In this document: in pieces, positions 13,201 to 28,200 of the stretch
Position numbering within the stretch: the first letter of the stretch is position 1
How the letters are laid out: each line of letters opens with the position of its first letter
From: Antedon mediterranea
Taxonomy: Eukaryota > Animalia > Echinodermata
Assembly (NCBI RefSeq): GCF_964355755.1
Contig: NC_092673.1
Coordinates: 5,952,001-6,016,000 of the forward strand
Reading direction: 5' to 3'
DNA: 64,000 nt
Program-made: the position numbers and the translations under genes
Notes under the pieces: generated by a model
Database searches by the model: none
Told to the model about the DNA's origin: nothing
What the model saw: the letters and a program-made list of their open reading frames with translations, nothing else

Positions 13201-16200
13201 AATGTTTACTATCCAATACCAATAGTCACAATAAAACAAGGTAAATATGTCAGGGCTTGTTCTCCCTACAAGTGCCTCTTTAATATTCTTATTCATTTTG
13301 CGTTCCTTATAGAGTTTAAGTCCTCTTACATATACTCTTGTATGCTATAGTTTAGTATCTTTGTTTTAATTAGTTTTTTACATTACTTTTTTTTTGTTCT
13401 ATTAAAATTCTTAAATTAAAAACTTGCTTAAGCCTAAGTAGGGGTTGGCCGTAATGCTAAACATATATTTTCCATTGTTTCACAGGAATGTGTCCCCTTC
13501 ATAGAGATGTCCCCCTGAATAGGGTGGTCCCAATTACCTGAAACAGATGGTGTTGTAAACATTACAACAATGCTTGGCTCTGAGACTGAAACGCTGTTCT
13601 TGGCAAACAGTCGGAATGAGTATGTTTGAGATTCTATCAATCCAGTCACTGCATAACTTTGTATTCCTGGAGTAGATGGGACATTGTCCATGAATGTCTG
13701 CCAAAGTGCGAATGCTGATGCACTGTGCGATTAACAAATTAATAAAATATTGATTATTAGCTTGAAATATAAAATATAATTATTTCATATATTTTTTTTC
13801 CAGAAAACCAGAATAAGCATTTTTAATAGGTTTTTAAAGTGATGATGTTATTTTTAAAAATCTCTGCAAGAATAAAATATGTAATAAAATTTGAAAGTTT
13901 GGTGCGCTTTTTGGTGCAATTATTGAATCGGTTGCTGGTGTGTTTTAATGTAGATCTAATTTACATACCAGTCTCTCTCATTATAATAATATGGGCATTT
14001 TGGACGAAAACATTTTATTTTCACGATGTAATTTTATTTTCTTCTTATATTCTTGTATGTAATAATTGATATGGTTGCTAACGTTGTAAGTAGATTGTTA
14101 ATTATAATGCTAAAGTGAAACTGAAGGTTGTTCAAATAAATACTGATAATCTAAACAAAAGATTTAACATTTGTAATGATCTGAAATGTATTTGAAATCT
14201 ACTGTTCTTACCTTTGTTTATATTGTATAGTGTATTGTTTAGAATCTGCTACATCACCAGTAGGTATCCAGGTTACGTTAACAGCCACAGGGCTAATAGA
14301 CACTACAGTCTGAATCTGTGGAGGGCTAGGTTTTGCTATAAAAAAGAGACAAAGTTTTTATCGGATTTCTTTATTAAAAATGTGAACTATTTATGAGGCA
14401 GGGATGGTTACAGTTGGCCTAGCGATTTTTTTTCACGTAAAAATTAAAAAATAGACACGATCCGTTAATAAACATATATCATCAAATGACAAGAATATAT
14501 TCAGATGTGTTATGTAATGTGAATAAAATTGATCTGGGCAACTCAAAAATGTTAAATTATGCTAAATTTTTGTAAGATTTATTTTTTAAAATTGCAAACA
14601 AAATTAATGATTCTCATGAAGCTAAAATTGCATAAAAGAAAACTAAATCAAAACGAAAACTTTTAAAATTGCACTTAGGACAGTCAGTCAGATTTTAAAC
14701 TTGGACGATATTGAATGTACTGTAGGTCTTAGTTGCCAATGGCTTACCCCTCATTTTAAATGACATTATTTCACTGTATCTAAATATAACCCACAGAAAA
14801 GTCTATATCATATTTTAAATGCTAGCTAACATTAAATCAACTTTAAAAAAAAAATAGGTTAAAAAAGCAGATCTGAGTCAGAATGAGTGGTGTCCTGATT
14901 TTTGCAATAATTCTGTTAAAACACATGACTTTTTACACTGTTGCTAGGCGATTGTAAATTAAGTTTTCCTTACAAATAACTGAGACGTAGAAGCTGTTCC
15001 TGTCACTGCCAATTCCATTGGAAGCCACACATGTGTAAGTACCTACGACAGGAAAACACATTTCATGCACATTAATTGATTGTTCCTATTAGACATACAT
15101 GTTATGCCATATACCAGTCATGTTCCTAATCATACAAGGCTTCAGAATTATGAGCATATCACGATTAAGATCACAATTCAGTGTTTTCATTAACAAAAAA
15201 AGTGTTCAAACACACTTGTTTTTGACATTAAGTGCTGTAATATATTTTACAGACAAATTGGAACGTGTTATCGCTGTGGATCAATGACATTTTCCAGAAT
15301 CAAGATATAACCTACACGATGACTGAATATATGAAAGCACTGGTAGTAAGGCAAAACCAAATTAGGACCTGTGAACAATTTTGAATTTCAAAATGAGGCC
15401 TTCCTTTCAAATTTGGATTTCCAAATGAAAGAAGAAGCACATTTCATGCTTTTTTTAATTGGCTTACATTTGGAGATAGTGAATTAAATGTATTGGCTAT
15501 ATTTGGATAATGCATTAATTTATTGTACTTTGAATAACTTGCATTTTTCTTGCCAAACTCAATTTTTGTAATATTTAATGTAGTTTAATTAAAAACTGCT
15601 GAAATTTTGATTAGGTCCACTGGGAAACACTCTATTTTTCGAGGAGTGTACAAAGTTCTTTATGATACACATACACATTGTATGTACACGGGACCAATGG
15701 CTTTATTACATATCTTAAGGATAAGGCAATGAGAGTAGTTGAAACACTTACCCTGGTCAGTATTTTGACCATCATATACTAAAAGCGAGTTAGTAGTGGG
15801 GAAACGCACTTTTGCACTGGGCAACAAAGCATGGCCATCTTTCAACCAGTCGTATAAGGGTGTTGGAAATCCTGCAGCGTAACATGAGACCCTGATGTCA
15901 GTGCCGCTCACTACCTCAATATCATTAATGACAGAAACCACAGGAGAGGCTAAGGGAAGCAAGAAAACGTTAAGGTCACATTTTAATTAATTACATGCCT
16001 GCATCAGCAACATTAAATGTATTTTTAATCAAATGTTGTGAATCATAGTCTTAAAAAGTACATTTGATTAAGTTATTAAACTTTCTCTGAAATTAAACTT
16101 TCTGAAGTTTATACCATAAAAAAAATCAAATTCAAGACATTACATCTGGGTTTAAAATCGGCCACTTGGTTTTTCTAAACTAGGTAGCTTTTCGATTCGA

Positions 16201-19200
16201 CGACCTATGTTCTATATATATTGTGTTCTTGGTTGTCAGCTGAACACAGAATATATTAAAAATATGTTGAATACCATTATCACAGTGCACATTCTTACAA
16301 CTTGTAACATATTTTGATCTCTCAACTTATTAAATGCTTTCATACACGCTTTCCCAAACATTCAGAAACCTCAGGAGAAGTATGTCATTGTATAGTTAGG
16401 GTGCAATTTGATAATTATTAGTGCAACTTTCGAATGAATAAAAAACGTCACACTGCAATACTTTCAAACCGTTGTACTGTGATTGGTCAGTTAAAAACCA
16501 GGACAAAGCAACACAAACTCGGGACATCTCAGAACAAAAGGACATGTCTGTTGCTGGTGTTTTTTTTAGGAGGATTTTCACAAACTGCCATCACACTACG
16601 CAAACCTGAAAACAGTTTGTTATATGTTGTAACAAATGTTTTGCAAATGTGAAAAGGGTATTAGAATCTTGTGCCGAAGCACCATCCTAATGTTCTGCAT
16701 GTAAACCCGACCTAGACCAGTTTGCAGGTCATCAAAAATTATACTTTTTTAAAAATTGTTTTAATTTATTCAGATTCCGAAATAAAAGATTGAATATTAG
16801 TCTTTACTTTTACACTAATATCTACAACTTCTATACAAATCTTAAAATAAAAAAAAACATCAATCCCCTTAAAGGAAATAAAAACAAAATGCCATTTTAA
16901 AGGAAACATTTTAACGGAAACATACCCTACTTTAACCAATTGTACATTTATTGTATAACATGTGTGAAAGTGATATGAAAATTAGGATTAAAATATTAGT
17001 TATCTGCAATGTAATCAGATATTATTAAGCAATTGTATCATATAGATGAATCAGTAATTGCATATTCAGCCTTAAAATCTCAATAGAGGAAATGGATATA
17101 TACAAGGTGATGTTTTTATCCATTAGAAAACCTCATTTAAGTGGAGCATTACTCATTCACATAACCCTATAAATATAATTGTATATTTTCTGAATATTTT
17201 ATTGACAAGGACAACTTTATTTTTGTTTGATATATTACAATTAAATATAACATTCAGTTCATTTCTTTAAGACTAAAACAATAATAAAAAAGACAAAATA
17301 AAATAAATATATACTATATAACAGTACTCTTCAGTTCGAAAATTATGTGCATTTTTGTTGTGAATACTAGCATTTTACATAGCAAGCTCGTTGAGTTTGT
17401 GCACTCTTTGTGTTCATAATCAGTGTACCATGTCCCACATAACTGGCTCAGCTTATATATTGTGCCAGTTCTGCAGTACATTTCATTTCAAAACCTGAGC
17501 TGCACTGACGAGATCTAATCAGATCGAAACAGTACTGTCTGCAGATTGGATATATATAACTATACGTATAACCCATTTTCAGATAAGGCAGTACAAAATT
17601 CCCATAAACCCAATCTATTCTAAAACAACTGCAGAATCTATATATTATATTTTCATTACTACGATACTACTACTAACTGGCCACCAAAGATAAATACAAT
17701 TAGTAATTTAGTTTCAATTTTCTTTCAGTGGTTCACTTTCTAGAATACCATTGTACACAACTTGTAAATAATATCCAATTGATGACTTTAATAGTTTAAT
17801 TAGACGAAAGCTAACTGAATGCTGTATTATAAAAAGCCTACCAACCTATCCTAGAGCTTTACACCAATATATAATATAAAGTGCAGTGGGAATATAAAGA
17901 TACATTATTGGTATGCTTTACCTGTGGTTCACTTTCTAGAATACCATTGTACACAACTTGCAAATAATATCCAATTGATGACTTTAATAGTTTAATTAGA
18001 CGAAAACTAACGGACTGCTGTATTATAAAAAGCCTACCAACCTATCCTAGAGCTTTACACCAATATAAGATAAAGTGCAGTGGGTATATAAAGTTACATA
18101 ATTGGTATGCTTTACCTAAAGGAAAACCAAAAATAATAACATTTGATATACAGTACTGTACCAAAATGCTCCCTTTACAGTATTTACTAAACCAGTGATA
18201 AAAATAATTAGCCATACTCAAACTAAATGAAAAAAAACCCTGCAAATATACATTAAATAAATACTTACTTTCGACATTTAAATAGCCACGTGCTACATCT
18301 TGTCCCTGTCGGTTGTATGCTCTACACGAATACCATCCAATCTGCTCTCTCGATGCAAATGTAATCGTTAGCACATCCCCATTTAAAGATAAAGTAGCCC
18401 ATGATGGTAACGGACGACCATTAAACTGCCACTCATACTGGGGTGTTGGGATACCCTCTGCTTCGCATTGGAAGTAAAGGAATGATCCGTCGTTCACAGT
18501 CTGATTGGCAGGCGGGGCAACAATTATTGGAGCCACTGCAAAAATTATAAAATAAATAAAATTTCTCTTTTGTTTTCTACTATTTTGACTTCTTCTACAA
18601 GCTTCTAAATTACCAAAACATTGTACATCAAATCCACTAGTCTATATAGTCTTAAAATAATCTGAAAACATCGCTATATACCATATTTTGACAAGTTGTT
18701 AATGCACATAGAGCAGGGAGTTCATAGAGGTTGGGTGGAGGATATCAGTGCTATAGAAATTGTTATCTATTATTTATCAATCCACTACTGAACACTGTTT
18801 GTTTTTTTATCATAAACCAGTAAAGGTTCCACAAGCTGCTAATTAATAATAAGTAAAACACATTTAATTAACTTGGGTGGCCCAAAAAGACTGGTTTCCC
18901 AGAAATTCTTGATTTTTAAATATAATTTCAATAGTTTCCATGAGTACCTTTTGGATCTTTGTTTTTAGACAATCTATTTTTAACAGTAATTTATTTCATA
19001 TTTTCATGAAACAGGTATAAGAAACAGAGATACACAAAACCTTTGCATTTTTCTTTTATATTATTGATACAAATGTAGGTTAAAGGGTAAAATATTCAGA
19101 ATTGGTATAAAAGAAAAGCGCGTTTAGAAAAGAAAGTAAAACAGGAAGCCAAACAAGATGTGGCGAGATGACCTGTAAACTTCCAGGATATATTGGGTCC

Positions 19201-22200
19201 AAAAAAACAATTTTACAACAAGATTTTGCTGTGCTTTGTGTAAATAACCTTTTTTTTAACACATAAGATGTCAGACACTGTATAATCGTTGTGAGGTGGT
19301 TTCCCGAATGATCGTAAAATAAAAACGGTACTGGGTATGACCAACTAGCGTTATTGTCACCGGCTAGTCATCCATTCATAGAAGTACTAATGTAGTAGCC
19401 TACCTGTACGGTGACCATAGAATGTGACCCGAGGCATGACTAACTACGACTTTTAGATGATAGAAAGTTGAGAAAAATGTTACGAGTAGTTGTACGACAT
19501 TAAGATGTTTAAAAAATTATGTCAATAATGTTTACACACTAGGCCTCGGCATACAAATAGTAATGTTTGTTAGTAAAAATAATTTTGAGTTAATAAGAAT
19601 AAGATATAAGGAAGAAAAGCAAAGAGACTATAGAGCGGCTATTCCTGAATATACAATACTAAGTATCGTAGATTTAAATTATAAATTTTAGGCGATCTTG
19701 TCTGTATTGAAAAGGGATTTATTTGAGAGGGGCGTTGTTTCTTTTGATATGATTTTTAAAACAAGATACCAGATTTAGATTGACCATAACAATTCCTGTG
19801 CAAGTAACCTAATAACTTTCTGTGACAGGAAAATTGACTGAGCTTGCTACATGGTATCCTACACTAAAGTTAATTTAACACATAAAGTCTAAAAGGTCCC
19901 ATTTATTGTTAACCTTTAAATATATGAATACCAGAATTTCTAGAAAACCAGATATATTAGGCCAGCCCAGGAGTTTTTGGTATTAGAAGAGTTGACTACA
20001 TATTTTAACCTTGTGGCACTAGTTTAAGAAAAATTAATGGAGCAAACATCTTTAAAAGGGACAACATTTTTTCTTGTCATGTTGATGACTTTAATTTAAT
20101 GTTCAGCCTAGAAACATGAAAGTTTCTCAACAATCTACTTAATCTTCTTTAGATCACCACGCATTTGCCCCAGAAAATGGAATTCAAATTGAAAACTCAT
20201 TGGAAGCTTATCAACAGGATGAACTGTTATGGTTAACCCTCAATCCTAATACCGTCACAGCATCAAAAGCAAATGATTAAATAAGTAAGTTAGGAATACC
20301 TTCAACAATAAGCTGGCCAGGACTTTGAACACTACCAGCCTGATTCTCAGCGATACACGTGTACGAACCAGAATCCACAACATCAAGGTCAGTTATAAGT
20401 AAGCCTTGATTGGTCAGTTGGTAATGTGGATCATTAGGTAGAATGATCAGTTCAAGACCGTCCTTCAGCCACATAATGTCCGGCATAGGATCACCGGTCA
20501 CCTCACAAGGGATGACGATGGTACCAGACTCGCTACCGGTTACATTGCCAGGGGGCATGCTGATTTGTGGAGCAACTAAAAAACAAAGAGATTTATTATC
20601 ATAATCCTATGATAATCAATTATATTATTACTTCATAAGTCCATAGATAATTCAAGATACAATACAATGGTATTTAATATCTATAATATTATGCACTTGT
20701 CAATTGTATGACCCACTATAAGACCCCTGGGTGAGGTGCGTCATTTGTCTGATGACACACCCCTTCATCAAAAAGATTACTTACATTTACTAGACATTGG
20801 TGCACCCACTTTAAAATTAGTGACGGACACACCATTGTTTATTGAGGTGAAGTACCATTTAGGTTTTTTTGACACACCCTTGTGTCATTAATTATTTGTA
20901 AATTATGCACCCATAATGCACATCTCTCAATGTTTATAAATGGGTTTCATTATTATTAGGATATATTTGCCTGTACTGTAGTTGTTTGTACTACATCTCT
21001 ATCAATTAATTATTGCATGCTATTGAGATTAAAAACGTCACATGATTTGAATAAACGTACCAATAACGTCCACAAATGCTGAGGCACTTTCTGATCCATA
21101 AAGATTTTCTGCTTGGCACGTGTACGTTCCCTCATCTAATGTTGTGACTCCTATTATGTGTAACAACTGACCACCATTGCTATGGAAAAGTTAGGGAATA
21201 AGGAATATTTATTTATACTTACAGAAAAAGAAAGACAGGAATGGATGCAGAATGTTTGGAAATACAAGTTTATCCTTTTTGTATAACCTTTTTTTTTGCT
21301 TTGTCTCCTATTTCAAAAGGGGAGGGGAGGGGATGGAGGTCGACCCAGTTTATTTAATTTAAATATATTTAAGAAAATAACCATAAGCGAAATCATCAAT
21401 AATCAATCTATTTTAAAAATAAAATTAAGAAAATATCTAATCACTGATATTCCTGATCTGATTTTATATATTCCGGTTTTTATGATATTGAAAATTCATT
21501 CTCTATCCTTTTTAAAGATGGCAATCCTGTTCACAAGAAAAACATATACACAAGATGATTGAAAATATTCAGTATAATTTACCATCATATTAACCAGTTA
21601 GTCCATCAGACAATAAATAACCCAATCAATATATATATTTTTGAATTATCAATAAAAGATTAATCTTACCCAATAGTGACTCTATTACCAGAGGTCAAAG
21701 GTTGGTTATACTGTGACCATGTAATGGTAGGTGTTGGTTTGCCAGACACCAAACATTGTAGCTGCAAGTCACTGCCAAGAATCACTTCAGTTCTACTTGG
21801 CGGTGAAGAGATACCAGCAGCAACTAATAGAAAAAAGAAAAACCGATTTGTAATTACTTAAAATTGATAGACATTGTTTTCTGTCTTTATTCATAAAAAT
21901 ATTATAACTCAATTTTTATGAGATAATAATCATCAATTCATAAAAAGTACTGATGAAGAAATCAATCTGTGGCTGAACAAGATACGCACTCACTTCAACT
22001 TTTAGTTGATACATGAGACAAGATTCAAGATGTATGTTTGATAAGAACTATATGATGTTTAAAACAAACTCCCAATCCATCATTATCAAGTTACAATAAA
22101 AACTATAAATTAACTGTATTATTTTACAAATGGAACCAACAAATACAGTAAACGTGTTCATCATTTTAAAAACATGATGACTTTTAGTTGATAGAAGATT

Positions 22201-25200
22201 GGAGATGTACGTTAACAAAGAACTATACGATGTAACTTAAAGATGTATTGTCCCTTGAAACACAAAAAAATGATGGTCAAAATATTCTAAATTTAAATTG
22301 GCCATATCAAAGTAATATTAAAGTTATTCACTTTAAGTCGAAAATTCGAGCCAAAACAACAAGTTTACGTAAATAACAGGTAAATTAGTTTGATAAAATT
22401 TCGTCTGGAAAATTGTCGCGAGCGAAAGTAAACAAAGATTTCAAACCACGAGTACGCATATTGCATATGCTAATTAGGATTATTTACAACTCGTCACAGT
22501 TGAGAAGGTATTTTCACACAGATCGTAAAGAAGTTTTTTGAAATATGCATACAGAGTAGCGAAACAAGCACGTTTCATTATGGGATATGTTTTGATGGAA
22601 AACTTTGACTGGAAGTCAAAGTTATTTTTTAAACAAAAAAACGTCTGTATTTTAGTTAAATGATTTTTTTTTCGACAAATTTTTGGTGATAGTTAATAAC
22701 TATTATGATACTTCAAAATGACCCACCTTTTTTCGAAATCTTTAATTTTTTAATTTTTTGGGATTAGTCAAAGGGACAATACATCTTTAAGCTTTATTTT
22801 AAAATTATGATGTAAAGATCCTGTATACAATTTATGAGGAAAAAATAGTTCAATTTTATATGCAGGGAATAATTTCGCCAGTGTACTGTAGCATAGCAAA
22901 AAGCTATACAAAACAACCTTATTGCTACACATTTCTAAAATTGTGTAGCAAAAAAAGACAATACAAAACTATGTTTCTCGAATAAAAAAACAGTTTGATT
23001 AGTAATAATTGCTAAACAAAATTTTAAAATGAAATTTTTCCCTGATATTGTATACTGTATCTACTACTGTTACCAATAACAAATTTCACAAAAATTCTTA
23101 GTTTTTAAATTTATAATGATCATTTTTTATTTTCTTTAAACTTTATTTAGTCATCCTTTACCATACAATTACAGTATAAAAACAGATAGAATAATTTAAT
23201 AAATTGAGTGGCAAAGTTTAAGTCTGTAAATTTTTGGAATTTGTTTATATTTTTCTTTCATTCAGAAATGAGACCAGTTGTCTGCTATTTTGTAATATTA
23301 TAAGACTTCTGTTTAACGGATCAGAGTTTAATCTAAATTAATTAAATTTTTTTTGTCCTATCTCGTTTATCTTCAAAATCTAGCATGTGATATTTATAAA
23401 CTGTACTGTCATCAAATCATAAGTAATCTATTAATACAGGAATATATAATGAATGAAGGAATGCATAAGATGTGTTTAGTCTACATGTTAAGAGATAAAC
23501 CAGTCCATAACTTCCTTATGCTACATCTATCATCATTATTATCGCTACAGGCGTTTTGACTGATTAGGTGTCGGGCTGATTCACCAATTGCAGACAACTA
23601 CTGTACGTAATTAATAGACTTACCATTGACAATGAGAGAAGCTGAGCTTGATGCTACTGTTCTAGGCAGATAGCTGTTTGACGCAGAACATAAATAGTTT
23701 CCCTCATCCAACACTGATACAGAAGTGAAATAAAGGTCACCAGGATCTGAAAATTATATATTATTACATAATTAATAATCAATAGACTGATTCGGCAATG
23801 AGTGTCACATAACCTACAGTAGTGTGGTACCTAAGTAACAAGTATTAACAATGCATCGTCAAATCGCTCTATTTTAGCCTTTTCCCACAGTTTCATAACC
23901 ATATTTTAATGCAGAACCCCTTTGCCTCTAGGAACAGCCCAAATATATGTATTAATACCATAGCCAAAATCTATTCCATGAAAAACCCTATTAACACTTT
24001 GACTGCCAGAGCTTTTTCCAGTTAGAAACTGCCACCGCCAGCGTTATTAGCCCAATTCGATGTTTTTATTAAAGCTGATTGAAACTATGTACGTGATCTG
24101 ATTTATATGTAATTTAGACTAAAATAATCATAGAATTTAGATTTACAATAGTACCAAGAACAATTTTCAAATGGCAATATGTAAATCGTAATAGTAAAAT
24201 GAAAGTAACTCACTTTTTGAGTTTTTCGTAGTTTCGCGCAAGAAAGTCGAGATATTCGTCCATAGTGTCCATATTTATAGTATATACCAATAATTAACCT
24301 ATCTACCGGATTTCGTAAAAAAACGCGAAACACGAAGATCTTCATGTTTGGCAGTCAAGCGTTGTGTTTCCGAACACAAAGATCTTCGTGTTTGGCAGTC
24401 AAAGTGTTAAGCGGACACTTTATTGGGCCCCAGACGTGTCCCCTTAATGGATCTATTGTAATTCTAGTTCAGTAATAATTTTTGATTAGAAAAACTAATG
24501 AATAAACTTGAACCTGATGGTTTTTTTATCGGTTTAAAAGGAAAATTAGTCATCAAGCATTACATGTTTCCAGATAAAAAATCATTATTAACATTTGCAT
24601 TTGTACTGTACAGTTGTTATTTTACTATAACTTCATTAATAATGATCAAATAATGATTTAATTTAAACAGCACAGCTATAATTACAATGGCTTTATTCAA
24701 TAACTTGACATTTCCTTCTAAACTAATTGCAAACAAAAGTTACATAAAACATTTATTTATTATGTGCTATATTTAGTCTTTGATATTTTTATAAAGGCCA
24801 TATTATTATATCAGGAAAAACAGTCTGTTTGAATCTTGATTTGGGAAAATGTTTCACACTGATAGCACCACAGTAAACACTGAAAAAGAAAGAGATTAAC
24901 TCTTACCAACTACAGAAACATCTTGTGCTGGTGTGTATTCTATATTATCTTTGTACCATGTGACATTCGCTGGTGGCACACTGTATGGTGGACGGCAGAC
25001 GATGGTAGCGGATGAACCAACTAGAGTCTCTACTCCAACAGGATTTAAAACAAACTCCCATTCCATCACTACCAAAGTTAGAATAAAAAACTTTAATGAA
25101 ATATTTTATTTTGTAAGTAACCAACAAAATTATATAATGAGTCCATCTTACTAAAATATGGAACATTGAGCATTATTGGAAATCACTATTGGATTGGTTC

Positions 25201-28200
25201 AATACACATTAAAATTAACAATTATACAACAAAAAGGGCCATTTAAGTATGTTTTCATTTCTTGCTGCTTCTTTTGGCAACATTTGAAGTACCATATGTA
25301 TTTGCATTAGAAATAGTTGTTTTAAATTCATAACAGAACCCACATCAATAATGTGGTGTCCTCAATGTTGTTAAGTATCCTCAAGAGGAAAGAAAGAAAC
25401 AAACACATTATTTTCACCTGGTGATGATCAGAATTGTTGTGATACACAATTACTGGCTTAGTTCCAATGAAAATATACTATAATAATGTCAAACAAATGC
25501 TTATTGTTTAAAAATAGTATTGAAAGAAAGAGAGAGTTGATTTTTTGTTCAGAACATATCTTCTGGACAGTCTCCTCCCTTCTTCAAAAGATAAATCTAT
25601 CTTTTTAAAACTACATTTTAGAGTATTTAAAAAAAAAACTAACATTGTAATCCAACAACGACGACAACAGCAACAACCAGTCTGCTATCCCTTACATCAC
25701 CACCTAGTGGCAAAACTTTAAAGTTTGCACATGCTACAGAATACTGGTGAAACGCTTTGGTGAAAAAAGAGAGGACACTTACCAGCTACTGTTAGTTGAA
25801 CAGGATCAGTGGACGCAGAGCCAAGTCTACTCGTACCGGTACACACATACACTCCTGAGTGACCTTGCTGTAATGCCTGAAAGTACAGGTCACCATTCGC
25901 AAGGATGTCAACATCATTAGACACAGCAACAGGTATCCCATCTTTGGTCCAGGAAACTGTCGGAGCTGGATCTCCGACTATTCTACAAGTGAGGGTTGAC
26001 GCTGTGTTTACTGCGATTATCTTATCAGTTGGAGAAACACTGACATATGGAACTCCAGGATTGGCTAGGAAAGAATTAATAAAAGTTGTCATTATTATTT
26101 ATACTGTATTAAGTATTTATTGTTTAAAAAAACCAAAAAAGAGTACTGTACATGAAGGCAGACAAAGGCTGAACAATTACATAATTAAAAAGTACATACA
26201 AATTTGTTGCTAAATGAATTAAATATAATCTTCAACAATAAAGATTGTTAATAAAATAAATAAATAGAAAAAATAATGAATGGATGAAAAAAATGTTATC
26301 CAATTTGTTAATTAATACAAAGTTTGAGGTACTTTACAGTACATCAAAGTCACTCAATCAATAGTCAATTACAGTACAGGCACAGTATTTGGTTAATTAT
26401 AGTAATTGCAAAAGCCACTGTTTAAATATAGAGTACTGTAGAACCACACTATATGGGTTGACATACTGTACACTTTGTAATAATAATTTAGCTTATACAG
26501 CTTTTTACAATGTTTATTCTAAATATTGATAATTATACTGAAATACAGAAGAAGATCACAAACAACAATTACTGTATTGAAGACAATAATATCTAACAAG
26601 CTATTGATTCTATTAAAAATATTTAGTTTTCTTTTGAATGAAAAGAGAAAGTAACTTACGACTGACAGTAAGCTCTGCGTGTGCACTTCTCATGATGCTA
26701 CCCGATAATAAAGCATTCTCGACTACGCATAGATACCTCCCCGCATCGCTCGTCTGCACATTGTTAATTTGTAATGTAGCGGATGTTTTCAACGAGTTTG
26801 ACGATCCATATCCTCCCTGAATGCTAATTCCCCCGTCAAACCGCACTCCATTCTTTTCCCAGTACACCGTGGCCGCAGGACGACTGCTTCCTGTCACGCA
26901 CTGGAAGTTTACAGGTTCCACCTGGTGGTCGACAGCCTCTATGGACTGTGGGTGAAAAAACACAGGATCCAAAACTGAAAAAAAAAGAATCGGGTAAAAA
27001 ACATTATTAGCTTTTTAATGAAAGCTTATAATGGAAAATGTTCACATACAATTGTCTATACAGTTCTCTGTCTGTAGTATACTGTAGTACAGTATGTTAT
27101 TTGAATGTGTCACAAACCTTCACTAACTGTCTATACCGGTAGTATACTGTAGGCCTACTGTACAGTACAGTAGGTAGAAGAAAACATACAATACATGATC
27201 TACTGTATTGTACCTGACAACTCATTTTCAATGAGGGGATTTTAACAATATATTTCAGTACTGTAAAAATATTTGTAGCAGTTGTTACAGTCTAATTTCA
27301 GTAGGACCCAACATTAGCACAAATAAAATCACTAAGGACACTAAGGAAACTAGCAATTTCCATTGTCCTCCCACGTATTGTATAATATAACAACAATATT
27401 TTTATTCTAAAATATTTCTCTTTCTCTCAAATATGTTAATAAATGTTACAATTTATGAATGTTTATTTAAATTCTTTATAATAAAACAAACACATTTTGA
27501 AAAAAAGATTTTAATTTCAATCAACACATTTTTAAATATACTTTTGCGATTGAAAATCTTTTATACAGTATTTAGAATAAAAGTTAATTATGTTTTTTAA
27601 CGATCTTTTTTCAGCATCGTTTCTGTTATTGACTGGACGTTAAACTATATTTAGAAGTTGGCCTAGTTCCTTGTGGTTAGATGTTTCCATATACTGTAAT
27701 TCATTGAGAGCATTTAAGAGTAATACAACAAACTATGTTATTTTCCGTTTATGTTACACTATATTTTTATGTTGAACTTGAGTCCAAATGGTAACATCCT
27801 TAGCACTCCCACTGGAAGTAACATTAATTTGCATATTTGTACACAAGTCGTATTATACATTAAAAAACATACTTTCTCAAAAATTGATAATTTGTTTTTC
27901 TTGTTCCACTTTCGGTTTGTGCAACAATAATATTAAAATCTGATAATATCTACAAAGACTATTAATTATTGATAATTACTACAATGACGTAGTTTCGTGG
28001 CCTCAACCACATTGGGTGCAGCACAGTTTAAATGCAAGATGTTAATGTGTTAATGTTTACAGAGTTTATACTGTATATGTTTTGTTTTAGAAAGTTTTAA
28101 ATTTAGAATACTGTATAGATAAAGTTGTAAATATCTTTTGATAGCTAATATGTGGAAGCGAACATGGATGTTGAATGGCGTGGGTGTGGGAAAAAAAAAA

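Noticed and set aside
12157-13350. 397-aa (+) and 375-aa (-) repetitive ORFs as genes, or the array as CRISPR
   Set aside because: They arise from an 81-bp intronic tandem repeat. There are no unique spacers, no cas genes, and the context is eukaryotic.
19080-19560. CpG-richer intronic patches (also ~7560-7910, ~11700-11950, ~16180-16660, ~39950-40210) as exons or regulatory elements
   Set aside because: No reading frame is needed there and I could not establish termini or TSDs; probably unclassified TE fragments.
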